Shown in pieces: positions 12,393 to 25,865 of a stretch of DNA of 64,000 nt (the stretch's first letter is position 1; every line of letters begins with the position of its first letter). Made by a program: the position numbers and the translations under genes. Under the pieces are notes generated by a model. It was not told the origin of the DNA. It made no database searches and saw only the letters and a program-made list of their open reading frames with translations. Location of the stretch: NCBI RefSeq assembly GCF_006345805.1, contig NC_043001.1, positions 53,444,001 to 53,508,000 on the forward strand. Reading direction: 5' to 3'. Source of the DNA: Octopus sinensis (taxonomy: Eukaryota).

Positions 12393-13469
12393 ATATATAT
12401 ATATATATATATATTCAGTTTTGTTTGTATTTGCTTTTAAATAGTCTCTTCTTTAAATAGTCTCTTCCAGAACATAGAAAGCAGACACTATACACTGGTC
12501 AGAATATTGCAGTTTTATTTTGATAAATACACACGCAAACAGATCATTTGATTGTTGATTTTATTTCAGTGTCAGTTTGAAAAGTGTTAATCCTGTCGTA
12601 GAAGATCACAAATAACATATTTCATTCGGTTTGCTTTTAATCAAACTAAAGTGTTTCTTGGTATTTGTATCTATTCTGTAGAAACAGATATTCTATGAAT
12701 GTTCTGAATTATGATTCTAATGTTTGCACAATGCCTGCATTTTAATACTCCATATATCAATCCATTAACATATAACTGTACTTGTGTAATAGTGTTTATG
12801 TCTTTCAGACTTATTTCTTGTGAAAATGCCATTCTTGGAGTTGAATGTATATAACTTTTCAGAGAGAATCAGTCATTTATTTCGATGAGGAAGTGAGAGA
12901 TGCATTTTAGTCATGAGAATAAAAAGTAGTAGAATTTGGTGTTAGCCTGACGTGAGATAAATGGGTAGAGATTTATTTTTCATGACTGTGTAAAGTAGTG
13001 GTCAGATGTATATATGTGTAACAAGACTGGCTCCGTGTTTTGTATTATAAACACAACTTGACTTAAGAGGAAGAACCAATAGAAAAGGACTATGAGACAC
13101 ACACACACACACATATATACATATACATATCTCTACGTGCGTATATAATTATATACAGACACATATATATGTATGTTTATACATATATATGTGTGTAAAT
13201 AGATTGATTAAATGCATGAAGGTCAAGAGTATGTATGTGTACGATTTTTCGAAGCTATATACAAACTTAAGTTTTAAATGTGTAGCAGGTACTTTTAGTA
13301 TATCAGATATATTTAATGCAGGATATAAATATATGTCTTTGAAGAATGGTAAAATGTTTCTTGTCTAATTGTTGTGATAAGAGATATACTAATATAAGAG
13401 AAAGATGAAAGAGATGGTTAGTTTTATTAATAATAATTTGTTTGTTGTGTTTGCGGGTAGTGCGTTTGA

Positions 13470-13780
13470 GCATGCTAGAGGAATTCTAATGGGTGGCAAA
13501 TGCGGATCATTATCTTCCTGCTAGTTCCTTCTTCTTAAAGACTTATCTGCAGGGATAAAACTTGGTTTGCTTAAACAACTCAATGAATGCTGGAGATACG
13601 TAGATGAGATATTGATAGTTAAGTATGGTTTCTTTGAATTTTTACTAATAAAAATATACCCTAGTGCGCTTAAGGCCACCAGAAATGGTTATAAAATAAG
13701 GAATATTAATTATTTCGATGTCAATTTAGTAATTAAGGATAATAAAGAGATAGGTACTGACATAGGTACTGTCCTTCTTT
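13470..13780 (+). pseudogene. Penelope-like reverse transcriptase relic
   Basis: GILMGGKCG (cf. GIPMG..C) followed by RYVDE...IYPSALK...INYFDV (cf. RYIDD...IYP.EL...YLDL). Confidence 0.7.
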
Positions 13781-14019
13781 TCTCTGTTCTTTTGACGTCC
13801 TATATATATGAGTGTGTGTGTATGTGCGAGCGTATGTATGTGTGTGTGTAAGCGTATGTGTGTTTGTGTGTGTGTGTGTTTATGCATATATCATTTAGAC
13901 AGAGCGATTCTAATAACGTGGTCTTTGAACTGATTACACATATGCTTCAGAACAAAGCGTCAGTCGATTACAATACGACTGGTAGGGTATCATTACTCTC
14001 TCCTGGAACGCACCCATAA

Positions 14020-14560
14020 AACATTCGAAGATTAAGAATTACAACCTCTAACTTATTTTCGAACTTAACATTCATCTTCTTAGATGTAAACTTTGACATT
14101 ACATCAAGTTTATACCATCCTTACAACAAACCTCAAAAATCGTGTAATAGGTCCACTTGGAAACTTGCGATTCTAGACCAAATATCAATCAAACGATGAA
14201 ATGTGTCTATTCAAGTTTTAAAGTTTTAAATATGCAAACATCTGACAACTTAGCTGACTCTCAGCAGAAACGGATATAAAGTAAAGATTACTTATACGCC
14301 GAAATGAAGTCCACTACAACACACTAGGATTCCACACTGTTAAAATTCGGATGACTTAACCCGTTTTGCACCCAGGCACATTAAACAATCTTACACGGAC
14401 TTGGTTAACTGTAAACCCCCAACTTTTAAGACTATCACAATTTCTAATAACGCTACATACATTTCAATCAGCGCTAGCCTTAAAATTGAATTAGGTAAAT
14501 TACATAGACTCATTACATCGCATAACCAGTTGTAATTTTTCTAACGCAAAAGTCGTTGTG
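14020..14560 (+). pseudogene. Penelope-like RT C-terminal relic
   Basis: FLDVNFDITSSLYHPYNKP resembles the PLE FLDVTF...Y.PY.KP motif. Heavily disrupted. Confidence 0.5.
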
Positions 14561-14606
14561 CAAATCACGTATCCCCTTTCCAGTTCATCAACAATATATA
14601 TATATA

Positions 14607-14639
<33 letters not shown>

Positions 14640-14640
<1 letters not shown>

Positions 14641-14990
14641 CAGAGATTTAAAGACGAATGTTACAATCAAGATGGCGAATCACACTGGTCTTTTTTGTGC
14701 ACAGTTTGTGACAGACCATTCCTTTCTTTTGCTGGGCTGAAATCCCATTTGCGAACCCACAGAAAACAAACTTCCCTCAACTATTATGCTTATATGTCAG
14801 TGCACACCTTTCAATGCAATGTATGACAAAAGGTATGCAAATCTGAGACCTCAAAAGACATTTTAAGATTTACAAATATCAGAACTACAGCATTTGCTGT
14901 TCCAAATCGGATATGCAATTTATGTGGTTGTCTTTTTAAAACATTGTCTGTTTTAGAAAACCACATCAGATGCCACGATGTTTCTAATGT
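14640..14990 (+). pseudogene. Disrupted C2H2 zinc-finger cluster (three fingers), probably the end of a LINE ORF
   Basis: CTVCDRPFLSFAGLKSHLRTH, a broken finger with a stop at 14824-14826, and CNLCGCLFKTLSVLENHIRCH. Confidence 0.65.
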
Positions 14991-15675
14991 GTAGGTACAG
15001 GAAATGGTTAAACTCTGCATCAAGAGTTGACAACCACCATGTATGTATTTATACACATATCTATGCTCGTATGCGTGTGTGCATCTGTATATGCGAGTAA
15101 TTGTACGCATATGTATGTATTTCTACATATCCTCGTATATATGTATATATAAGAAGTAGTATATGTACATACATCTATCGATCTATATATGTCGATATAC
15201 TTGTATTTCAATGTATATATATATATGTATGTGTGTGTGTGTGTGTGTGTGTTAGTGTGTTCATGTGTTTGACAGGCTTGAAAGCGCATGTGCAGCTGCT
15301 TAGATTGTATCGATGTGTATGTGTATATAATTATGTGTATGTGGGAGTTTGTGCATCTGTGTATATATCTCAGAGTGTGGGTATATATATATATATATAT
15401 ATATACGATATATAAACTACGATATATATATATAGCGATGATATTTTTAAAACACGAGTGGTAAGCGAATTATCAGCCGTACAGGCAAATGAATAAAATA
15501 TATACATGCAATATTAGATTTGTACATATATATACACAAGGGTACTACATGAGTACCTAAATCGCTAAAAAATAGAAATCAAAAAAATACCTTTGTACCA
15601 CCGAAGAGTCATAAATCTATTACAGATATGATAGGAAAATATATCTGTGAACAATAATTATCTTATGTCTACTGT

Positions 15676-16004
15676 GTCAGAACAAGTAAATGATGATCAA
15701 CCTGGTACCGGTTTCGAAATTTAGCGCCAAATTGGTTCCCGATTTCTCATCAGTCAAAGTCCACCAGCTAAATTACTACTAACAATCTCCCCCACCATGT
15801 GTACATGATGGTATTTTAACAATACCATCCCTATATTTATTCATAAATTCTTCAAATTTCGTTTGTTCCTATTGTACTTGGTCACTTCAAATTAACTTTT
15901 GCAGACATGGTGGGGGAGAATGTTAGTAGTTAGCTGGTGGACTTTGGCTGATGAGAAATTGGGCACTCATTTGGCACTATTTGACCAGCATTACTTGTTC
16001 TGAC
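15676..16004. mobile_element. Diverged foldback, MITE-like (arms about 15676-15805 and 15900-16004)
   Basis: gtcagaacaagtaa...ctaacaatctcccccaccatgt is mirrored by acatggtgggggagaatgttag...ttacttgttctgac. Confidence 0.75.
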
Positions 16005-16138
16005 CCAGTAGTGGTAAGACATTATTATTGTTCTCTGATATTTTTTCCTATCATGTCTGTAATAGATTTGTGACTATTCGGTGGTACAGAAGTATATTTT
16101 GACTTCTATTTTGTTAACGATATAGGTACTCATGTAGT

Positions 16139-16174
<36 letters not shown>

Positions 16175-16801
16175 GTCTGTGTGTGTGTGTGTACCGGTGC
16201 ATGTGTATAAGGATACACGCGTGTATTTTAATCTGGGTGTATGTATATATAGGAAGATATATATCTGTTAGTGCTTCCTCATTTTCTCCCCTCTCTCTCC
16301 CTCTACACCCGCACCGCCCACACACAAACACATACGCAAACATACATACACACACACAAACACACACTGTTATCTGCAATATGTCCTCCCAATCCATCCT
16401 CCAATTCTGGCCTGGTAATTGTAAATTCGTAACTATGGTTTGAATCCTTATATAGAAAAATATTTATCGACCCTCATAAATGCATTCTACTACGCTATTT
16501 CAGTTTTCATCCCATTTTCTCGTTTTATTTCTTTCCCTGTTATCTTCTCTTTCTCGCAATGCCTTGGATTGTGTCACGTTTAATGTGTCACGAAGATATT
16601 TGTATCAGTTTTTAGGAGATATTTTTACTTCTTTTCATATAGGTTCTTCATATACCTATCCTTATACATATATTGAAATGGTATTTTATCATAATACACT
16701 TCGGGGAGTGGCTTCACCCTCTCAAACACTTGACTTCATTGCCTTGACATGTTTATGCTTCTTTCACTAGTAATGTCCTGCTGCATGTGCGTGTGTGTGT
16801 G

Positions 16802-16839
<38 letters not shown>

Positions 16840-17037
16840 CGTGGGGAGTGGGGGTGGAAACACATTCCCTAATAAAATAACACTATTTAGAACGTTCGAT
16901 GAAGCTATAGCGTGATACAGGTGTAAGTTAAGGAAATTTGAAACTCATTACAGGATTTCGGAATCGCGTGTCATTGTAATTTTTCACATATATACATACA
17001 TATGTAATATATACATAAGTATTTATATATTTATATA

Positions 17038-17068
<31 letters not shown>

Positions 17069-17209
17069 GAAAGTTGGTTTCTGAAAGCACGTGGGTGAAT
17101 ATATATAAAATCGTAAAAGGTGAAAAAACTACAGAAGGCTTAAATGTTAAAAAATATATATATTTGCGTCAATATGTCTGAAGAATATTAAAAAATTTTT
17201 TTAAAAAAG

Positions 17210-17427
17210 TTTTCTCTTATAATGACATAATTACGAAGAAAGACCGGTTTCGCATTTAGCTTTTCAAATTTCTTGCGACGTTATGTTTATGTTGCATAGA
17301 GTTGTTCAGGAATTGTTTAGAAATCTCCTGAACAACACTATGCAACATAAACATAACGTCGCAAGAAATTTGAAAAGCTAAATGCGAAACCGGTCTTTCT
17401 TCGTAATTACGTCATTATAAGAGAAAA
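17210..17427. repeat. Near-perfect 218-bp palindrome (102-bp arms, 14-nt loop)
   Basis: 17210-17311 versus 17326-17427, 2 mismatches. Confidence 0.95.
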
Positions 17428-17480
17428 ATATATTTTTTTTATTTTTTGATATTCTTATATATATATATATATATATATAT

Positions 17481-17645
17481 ACACGACGGAATTCATTCAG
17501 TTTCCGTCTAAGAAGTACACTCAATGCTTTCGTCGACCCGAGGCTATTGTAGAAATCACTTGCCCAAGGCGCCACGTAGTAGGACTGAAACCGGAACCAT
17601 GTGGTTGGGAATTAAGCTTCTTACCATACAGCGTCGCCTGCGCCT
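17481..17645 (-). mobile_element. SINE family A 5' half
   Basis: Reverse complement of the family A head. Confidence 0.75.
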
Positions 17646-17691
17646 ATACACACATACATACACACACACTCACACACACACACACACACAC

Positions 17692-17733
<42 letters not shown>

Positions 17734-17758
17734 TATGTGTATACATCTTACATACGCA

Positions 17759-17799
<41 letters not shown>

Positions 17800-18420
17800 T
17801 GTATAAAATTGGATTTTAATTATATGCCACTGTCGGTATTTCCTGCGTCTTTCTAAGCACCTTTAGCGAAATAACCAGAGACAATAAACAATAAAAAAAA
17901 ACTGGTAATTACTTAATTCTGAAATTCCTTATACTTCGCGTTAGTGGTTAGAATTTTCATGTCCAAAGAAGTTAAAATGTTAGTTGGGTTTTGGAATTTG
18001 GAGGTTTTACTTTTGCATGTCGCTTATACGTCCCTTCAAATCACATCTGAGTATCTCTCCGGGAATTTTATGTTACAATGATAAACGTCGTAAAGCCGTG
18101 CTGCTCTACGCAGGACAGCAGTAATGGATATTGTAACAATGTGGCATCACTTCTTTAAGTGTGCAGATGAGGAGACATAAATTAATGATTTATGTATGTA
18201 TAGCCTGCATCCTATCAAAGCAAATATCAGTCCACACAGCATCATTTTTATCGCGCGGGCACACACAGACACACACACACAGATATACTCTCACACACAA
18301 GATACACATATCTGCCATCCAAATACACACACGCACATATCTATATAAATATATTAATAAATATTATCATCGTCATCATCATCATCATCATCATTATTAC
18401 TGTTATTATTATTATTATTA

Positions 18421-18462
<42 letters not shown>

Positions 18463-18480
18463 GATAAGTAGTAGTAGTAG

Positions 18481-18712
18481 GCGGCGAGCTGGCAGGATCG
18501 TTAGCACGTCGGGCGAAATGTTTAGCGGTATTTCGGCTGCCGTTACGTTGTGAGTTCAAATTCCGCCTAGGTCGACTTTGCCTTTCCTCCTTTCGGGGGG
18601 CGATAAATTAAGTACCAGTTACGCACTGGGGTTGATATAATGGACTTAATACCTATGTCTGTCCATGTTTGTCCTCTCTATGTTTAGCCCCTAGTGGGTA
18701 ATAAAGAAATAG

Positions 18713-18715
<3 letters not shown>
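18481..18715 (+). mobile_element. tRNA-derived SINE family B
   Basis: GGCGGCGAGCTGGCAG head, B-box-like GAGTTCAAATTCC, and shared core aagtaccagt...ctgggg. Confidence 0.85.
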
Positions 18716-18748
<33 letters not shown>

Positions 18749-18782
18749 ATAGTAGTAGTAGCAGCAGCAGCAGCATTAGTAC

Positions 18783-18815
<33 letters not shown>

Positions 18816-18851
18816 CGGTGGTGGAGGTGGTGGTAGTGGTTTTAGTAGTAA

Positions 18852-19090
18852 GGCAGCGTGCAGGCAAACTCGTTAGAACACCAGGCGATAAAATAAGCGG
18901 TATTTCGTCTGTCCTCACGTTCTGGGTAAAATTTCGCCGGCGTCAACTTTGCATTTCATCCTTTCGGTGTTGATAAAATAAGTACCAGTTGAGGACTGGG
19001 TTTGATGCAATTGACTAGCTCCCCTCACCACAACCACCACCACAAATAATATCAAAACATAAGGTCTTGTGCCTATCGGAGAAAATATTA
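18852..19090 (+). mobile_element. SINE family B (diverged)
   Basis: Homologous to 18481-18715. Confidence 0.75.
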
Positions 19091-19149
19091 TTACTTTTAT
19101 TATTCAGAACGTTTCTAGGCACTCACTGCAGTGTAACAGCAGTCCAAAA

Positions 19150-19830
19150 CAGTTAGCAGGAAAACAACACATGTTTTCTATCGGGGGCTTGTTGAGGGTA
19201 TGAATGAGGATTGCCTAAGATTTAATCTAGGCATTGACAAGTTATTTCTTTCCGATGATTCTTCGGGTCGAAGATCATGGACAATTTCCAAAAGTTTTAG
19301 GCTTGGCAGTGCTATAGAGGGGCATTGCCTGCTCGAGAAAAGCTCTTCATGCATGGGATTGCAAACCGCCGAACCCGCCGAGGTGTTGCAGGGAGACGAA
19401 ATGCAATAATTTAGTGTGCGTGCATTAGAGATTTGTGAGATAGTGTGGCGCAGCTGTCGTCGCATATAAGATGAATTCAGTGTCTGCTGAGTGTATAGTG
19501 AAGATTGACGCACCACCTTCCCTTAACAGAGAAAGAAAGCAAACCTTTCTCTGCTTAATGGCTGTGGCAAAAAAGGCTGTGTGGCGGACCCGCCTGAAAG
19601 ATTTGAAGAAGTCACGATACTATCTGATATGACAATTGTGTGTCAACATCGTTGGCTTTATCTCGTTTCCGAGAATTTATTTACGGTGATGGCGTTGATG
19701 AGTGTAGACCAATTCTTACATAGGAGACTCGATAGCATTGACTATATGGCAAATTTGGTGGAAGAGGAGATTGATAATAGTCGAGCCTTTTTCTCCTTAA
19801 GTTTGATTTCTTCCTTTTCTCTTGTGACAG
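19150..19830 (+). mobile_element. Tx1/L1-type LINE ORF2 3' relic
   Basis: APP...FLCLMAVAKKAVWRTRLK matches the C-terminal region at 52520-52640. Frameshifted. Confidence 0.6.
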
Positions 19831-20100
19831 AATACTACCACTTGGGCATATATTGAAGCGATTTAGGTTCAATTCCAGTAGCTTTCAGTGTTACTTCGGA
19901 GAGGGTAACTCCGTGGTCTTGTCCCTGAAGTGTGTATATGTAAATCAATGATTTAATGAATGTATGCATATGTGTGCAAATTGATATTTGTGCACATGCA
20001 TAGATATACTCATACATTCTTACATAATACTTACATACTCTCACATAAATATACTTGATGCAGTGATATTCATACGTTATATACATTTAAACATTTGCTT

Positions 20101-20155
<55 letters not shown>

Positions 20156-20314
20156 AGCGTGTACCTATATGTGTACGTATGTATGAATCCGTGCATATTT
20201 GCATATAAATTTACCGCGTCTTCTAAAATAATTTTCAGTAACACTGTGTATATTTTTCCATTAAAATAATTAGTACGCTTTACTATGTTCAAAAAGACTT
20301 TACATAAAGATCAC

Positions 20315-20408
<94 letters not shown>

Positions 20409-20439
20409 TAATAATAATAATAATAATGATGATGATAAT

Positions 20440-22700
20440 AGATTGAAAAAAGGAGAATTGCTGGAAAGAACATATAGAATAAGAGATAAAGTTTATGATA
20501 TGGTATTGCAAAAATTGAAACAAAGCGTAGTAGCAAACAAAACAAAACAGGAAAGATGTAACAATAGAAAAAGATACTTCAGGTAAAACAGATTGTTTGA
20601 AGCAAATCAGAAGAAACAACTTCAGGAACTAGATGACAAATATACGTAACAGTGATAGCAGATGCAGAGAAAAAGCAAGGCATTCTGGAGAGGAAACGGG
20701 GAGAAACATGTAGAGCATAATGTTGAAGTGGAGTGTCTGCAGGAAATGCTAGATTGGTAAAGAAATATAGAACTCCAAGAAGACAAAGATAAGTACAGAG
20801 ATGATGAAAAAAGAAGTTAAGGAAATTCCAAAATCGGAACAACCCAGGATGAGGAAGCTGAGAGGGCTCCATGATAACATAGCACAACGGCTAGATAAGT
20901 GCTTGCAGGGAGGCGCAGTACCCAGCTGGATGACAGAAGGAAAGATATTGTTATGTGCAAAGGATCCTGAAAAGGGAAATGTTGCATCCAACTTTAGACT
21001 AGTAACGTACCTTACGCTAATGTGGAAACTAGTGTCAAGAGCTTTGGCCGATGAACTGTACAGATACTTGGAAAAAAGTGGGGGCTGCCAACCATTGAAC
21101 AGAGAGGGTGTGAATGATCCCTTGCTTAAGGTATCATCTGGGAAGAGGTAATGGAAAACTGAACCACTTGCTATTCAAGCACTATCTGTAGCTATTCACA
21201 TAAAATGAGGCAGAACTGGACAGCTTAGCGCAGTCTATTCAGATTTTTCCCAATGATAGGAAGATGGAGTTTGGACTCCCAAAATATACTACGAAATGAT
21301 ATGAAGACGGAGTTTGGACTCCCAAAATGTGCTACGTACGTGATGAGACGAAGAAAGAGCGGCAAGGCTGAAGACAGATTGTTGCCAAGTGGTGAAATGC
21401 TAAAGGCAATTCAGCCACAATGCAGCTATAAATACCTGAGAATACTTGAGGCAGATGGAATAAAATACCACCACAATGAGAAGAAGACAAAAAGAGAGTA
21501 CCTGCGGTGAGTGACAAAAAAACTGGCTTCAAAGCTGAATGCCAGAAACAATATTTCGGTAATAAACTGGAGCGCAGTCGCAGTCGAACCGCATGACGCT
21601 GAAATCCTGAAGTGGATAGAGGAGGAGCTAAAGGAGATTGACAGGAAGTCGAGAAAGCTTTTAACGATGCATGGAGCCCATCACCCACGTCCAGACACTG
21701 AGCGCCAACAAATGAAGAGAGTAAATGGAGGAAGGGAACTGATAAGTGTGGAAGACTGAGTGAGTATCGAAGTCGAGAGCTTAATGAGATACCAAGCCCA
21801 AAGTGAGGAAACCTCGCTAGTGACAGTTAGGAACGAGGGAGTATTGAGAGCAGAGAAAAAGGGAAAATAAAGGAAGAAGTACAAAAAGGACATGAAGAAG
21901 AATTATGCAACAAAGAACTACACAATCAATTCCATGTAGCCACAGCAAAAGTGGGTGGGATTGGCTGATAAAAGGAACACTAAAAAATAGATCGAGAGCA
22001 CTATACTATCAACGCAGGACCAAACGCTGGGCAAGAACGGGAGCGTCAACCTATGGATAAAGCAAGTGTCTCCGTTGTGCCGCATCTGCAATAGAGTGGT
22101 TGAAACCATTGTTCATATCACGACCAAATGCCTTAGACCTACCCGAAACCACTACAGATTGTGGCAACACAACCAGGTAGCGAAAGTGCCACACTGGAAC
22201 CTGAGCGAAAAGTGGGGGAAGAGAGAGGCATGACGTGGTATGACCACAAACCGCACGGCGTAGCAGAGTCGGAGACTAGCAAAATCCTCTGGGATTTCCC
22301 AATCTAAGCATATCAGGTGCATAACAGACCGGACCTAGTGGTGGTGGACAATGTACACCACATATACTATATAGTTGACGCTGCATTCCCCTTTAACCCA
22401 TAAATAGTCAAGAAGGAATGTGAAAAGATAGATAGAACCTTCTTAAGTACGAAATAGTTCGACTATGGAAAATAAAGGTGAAGATAGTGCCAATTATTGT
22501 TGGATTCTTGAGAACAGTATCAGAAGGCATCAAGAGGAATATAAAGGAAATTGAAATAGGGTGCACAGGAGAAATGTTATAAAAGGTTTACCTCCTTGGA
22601 ACGCCCAGAATAATCAGGAAAGTATTACATAACTGGAAAGAACGAATAGCATGGTCCCATAGCCTGCAGGTAGTAAACTCCACGCATGTAAGACTGCATG
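20440..22700 (+). mobile_element. Old R4/Dong-type LINE, decayed, ~2.3 kb
   Basis: VPSWMTEGKILLCAKDPEKGNVASNFR, YKYLRILEADGI, ELKEIDRKSRKLLTMHGAHHP and RPDLVVVD motifs. Preceded by (TAA)n. Confidence 0.85.
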
Positions 22701-22744
22701 AGCTCCAACAAAACCTGTGATAAAGAGATTAAAATAATAAATAC

Positions 22745-22955
22745 TTAATGAATTCATTACAAAAATACCAGGACTAACAAGCATAAATAACATACAGAAA
22801 ATAGTACTACTATGCACCGCACATATCCTACGTATAACACTTTCAATACAGTAAAAATATGAGCATCATAACAAACCACAGCGCATACCCAAGGCACACA
22901 GAACTGCACTCGTTAATGCAATGAAAGCACGTGATAAAAAATAAGACTATTGAAT
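22745..22955 (+). mobile_element. R4/Dong 3' terminal fragment with (TAA)n tail
   Basis: Matches the 3' end of 9303-11330. Confidence 0.8.
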
Positions 22956-22978
22956 AATAATACTAATACTACTACTAC

Positions 22979-23048
<70 letters not shown>

Positions 23049-23091
23049 AATGAGGAGGAGGGGAGAATGGGGAGGAGGAGGAGGAGGAATA

Positions 23092-23790
23092 TTGATGTTT
23101 CCAGCTGTTTATCATTTGTAGGGTACAGTATAAGGTCATCCATATATAAGAGATGGCTGATTGTTCTACCGTAACAGCTATATCCACATCCAATTCTCTT
23201 TTACCTGTCAGATAAAGGGGTCAGTACAAAGCAGAAATGTAGTGGACAGAGCGAGTCTCCCTGGAATATTCCTTTCCAATAGGGAAGATATTAGTTTTTA
23301 TGAGTCCCCCTCTTGCCGTGAGCTGTAACACTGTCTGCCATTTAATCATGGGATGTTTTATATATTTTATAGTTATTGGTGATACCTTGTTCATGGCTAG
23401 TGTTTCTAGGATCCATATGTGGGAAATACTATCAAAAGTATTTCGGTAATCGATCCAGACCATACTTAGACCCTTCTTTCTGTGGCTGTCTTCAGTTATG
23501 GCTTTATTGATCAGTAGGTGATCTTTAGAATCGTATGAGCCCTTGCAGCATCCCTTCTCTTCTGCAAACAGATATTTGCTCACACTCTGCTATATTATTG
23601 CAGTAAAGGGTTGTAAATTATAGGGATACGAGTTATCAGTTTGTAATTTTGTAGGTTTACCGTTTCAGTGGATTTGAGAGTTAGGATAATTTTCCCTTCC
23701 GTGAACCATTCAAGCATTTCACCAAACTTCTCAGGCAGAATTTTATGTCTTCCTATTTTAACGAGAAGTTAAGGATCTGGGTGCCTTACA
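23092..23790 (-). mobile_element. R4/Dong RT-domain fragment
   Basis: KGCCKGSYDSKDHLLINKAI...WIDYRNTFDSISH and MDDLILY motifs. Confidence 0.85.
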
Positions 23791-24209
23791 GCTGCTTATT
23801 ATCATCATCATCATCATCATTATCATTATTATTAATATTTTAAGAACTACAATTATATATGTTTGAATGAAATAAGTTTAAACCTATAAAATCAACGCCA
23901 TCTAATATTCCTGTTTGTTTTCATTCTATATATTTTTACCTAGGACTTGTAGAGTACGACTTATAAGTGAAGCAATATAACGAAATATCTTCAGCTATTT
24001 TGCCAAAGAAAACAATTAGGTGAGTAACGTAATATTTGTGAATAGTAATCTTTTATCATCTTCAATTTTCAGGAAATTCGTATTACCGAGGATTTGTGTA
24101 GGCATTAAGTATGATAAGCATTGATATATATTGTTGGTGTCTAAATTTTTCGCTAAAAATTGTAACAGTAAAAAAAAAAGATGTTTGGTGACTTATTGTA
24201 AAGTAAATC

Positions 24210-24365
24210 TATAGCGGTGAGCCGGATAGTTAGGTGTGTTTCCCCCTTTACGTTCTGAGCTGAAATACTGCCGAGGTTGACATTGCTTTTCATGCTTTCT
24301 AGTTTGATAAAATAAGTACCAGTCTCAAAATTTCACCCCCTGTGTTTGAAGTAGAAAATATTATA
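24210..24365 (+). mobile_element. Degraded SINE family B
   Basis: Core cgttctgagc...aataagtaccagt. Confidence 0.55.
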
Positions 24366-24869
24366 TTAAGCGAACTTCGAATAGAGAGAATGTAGTATAA
24401 GAAAGACAAACAACAACATTTTGGCTAGTAGGGGAAGGAAGGCTGTCGGAGAAAATGCGTGAGATGTTTGCAAATTAGTCACAACAGAAAAGTACAAAAT
24501 ACCCGTTAAGCAGTTTTAGACTGTGGTACTGATTATATATCTTACCCGCTGTCCTGTTTAACAGCAAACGATAGTGGAAACAAGTGACATCAGCGCAACT
24601 TTCGCCCAGTCAATTTCGCTCGCAAATCATGTCGCGATCTCAAGTTATAATCAAATAGAGTTACCCTTATGCCATATCATTATATTGAGCATCTAGAAAT
24701 ATCAGTATCAAACATTTTGATAAAACCTAGTTCACATGCTTGAGTTGTATACAAAACTAGAAAATAAACGCCACAGTGCATTCTCTCTATATATAATCAT
24801 AAGTAAAATATTAATTTAATTTACATGACCACAGTCAAATGACTGAAACAAGTAAAAGAATACATAATT

Positions 24870-25250
24870 AGGCGCAGGCGTGGTACTGTAGTAAGAAGCT
24901 TGCTTCCCAACCACATGGTCCCGGATTCAGTCCTGATGCGTAGCACCTTGGGCGAGTGTCTTCTATTATAACCTCGGGACGACCAATGCCTTGTGAGTGG
25001 ATTTAGTAGACGGAGAATGTATATATTTATGTGTACTTGTGCCTGTGTTTCTCGCCGCCGCCACTATCGCTTGACAAACGATGTTAGTGTTTTTACGTCC
25101 CCGTAACTTAGCGGATCGGCAGAAGAGACCGATAGTATAAGCACCAGTCTTACAAAGAATAAGTTCATAGATCGATTTCTTCAAATTAAAGTTGGTGCTC
25201 TAGCTTGGCCAAAGTCAAATAACTGAAACAAATAAAAGTGTAAAAGAGTC
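24870..25250 (+). mobile_element. SINE family A
   Basis: Head, body and tail match the other family A copies. Confidence 0.85.
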
Positions 25251-25524
25251 AAAGAGGAGATTGATACAAAGAATTAATAAACTACATTTGTGTTATGTGC
25301 AACATGCAATTAACAGTTTGGGCATTATTTAACAATTATAACTTAATGCCCTATATTTGTGATTCTGTGTGTGTATGTGTGTGTGAATGCATACATATTA
25401 CAAAGGCCCTTATAGATATATCCAAGTATATATATATATATATATATACATGCACGCGCACATACACACACAAACACATGTACATCCAAGTGTATGACAC
25501 TGGAAGATAAAAAAATGCGAAGCA

Positions 25525-25830
25525 CCTTATGACCTTAATCCGTTTGTCTGACCTTGTTTGTCCCCTCTGTGTTTAGCCCCTTGTGAGCAGTAAAGAAATA
25601 TATATATATATGTATATATATATATGTGTGTGTGTGTGTATGTGTGTGTGTGTGGGTCGGTGTGTGTTCGTGCGTGAGAGAGAGTGTGTTCCTGTGTATG
25701 CCTCTCCACCACTTCACAATCGGTGTTGGTATATTTACCTCCCCGTAACTTTGCCGTTCACGAAAGTGACCGATAGAATAAGTATTAAACTTAAAATATA
25801 ACCCCTGGTGTCGAAGCAAGTAAAGGAATA
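25525..25830. mobile_element. SINE B tail (minus) and SINE A 3' part (plus) joined by a microsatellite
   Basis: Matches the respective family ends. Confidence 0.65.
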
Positions 25831-25865
25831 AAGGAATTAAAAATTATATATATATATATATATAT

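Noticed and set aside
22745-23790. Twin-priming 5' inversion for the adjacent opposite-strand R4 fragments
   Set aside because: The inverted RT piece lies downstream of the tail, not upstream of the 3' fragment, so independent insertions are more likely.
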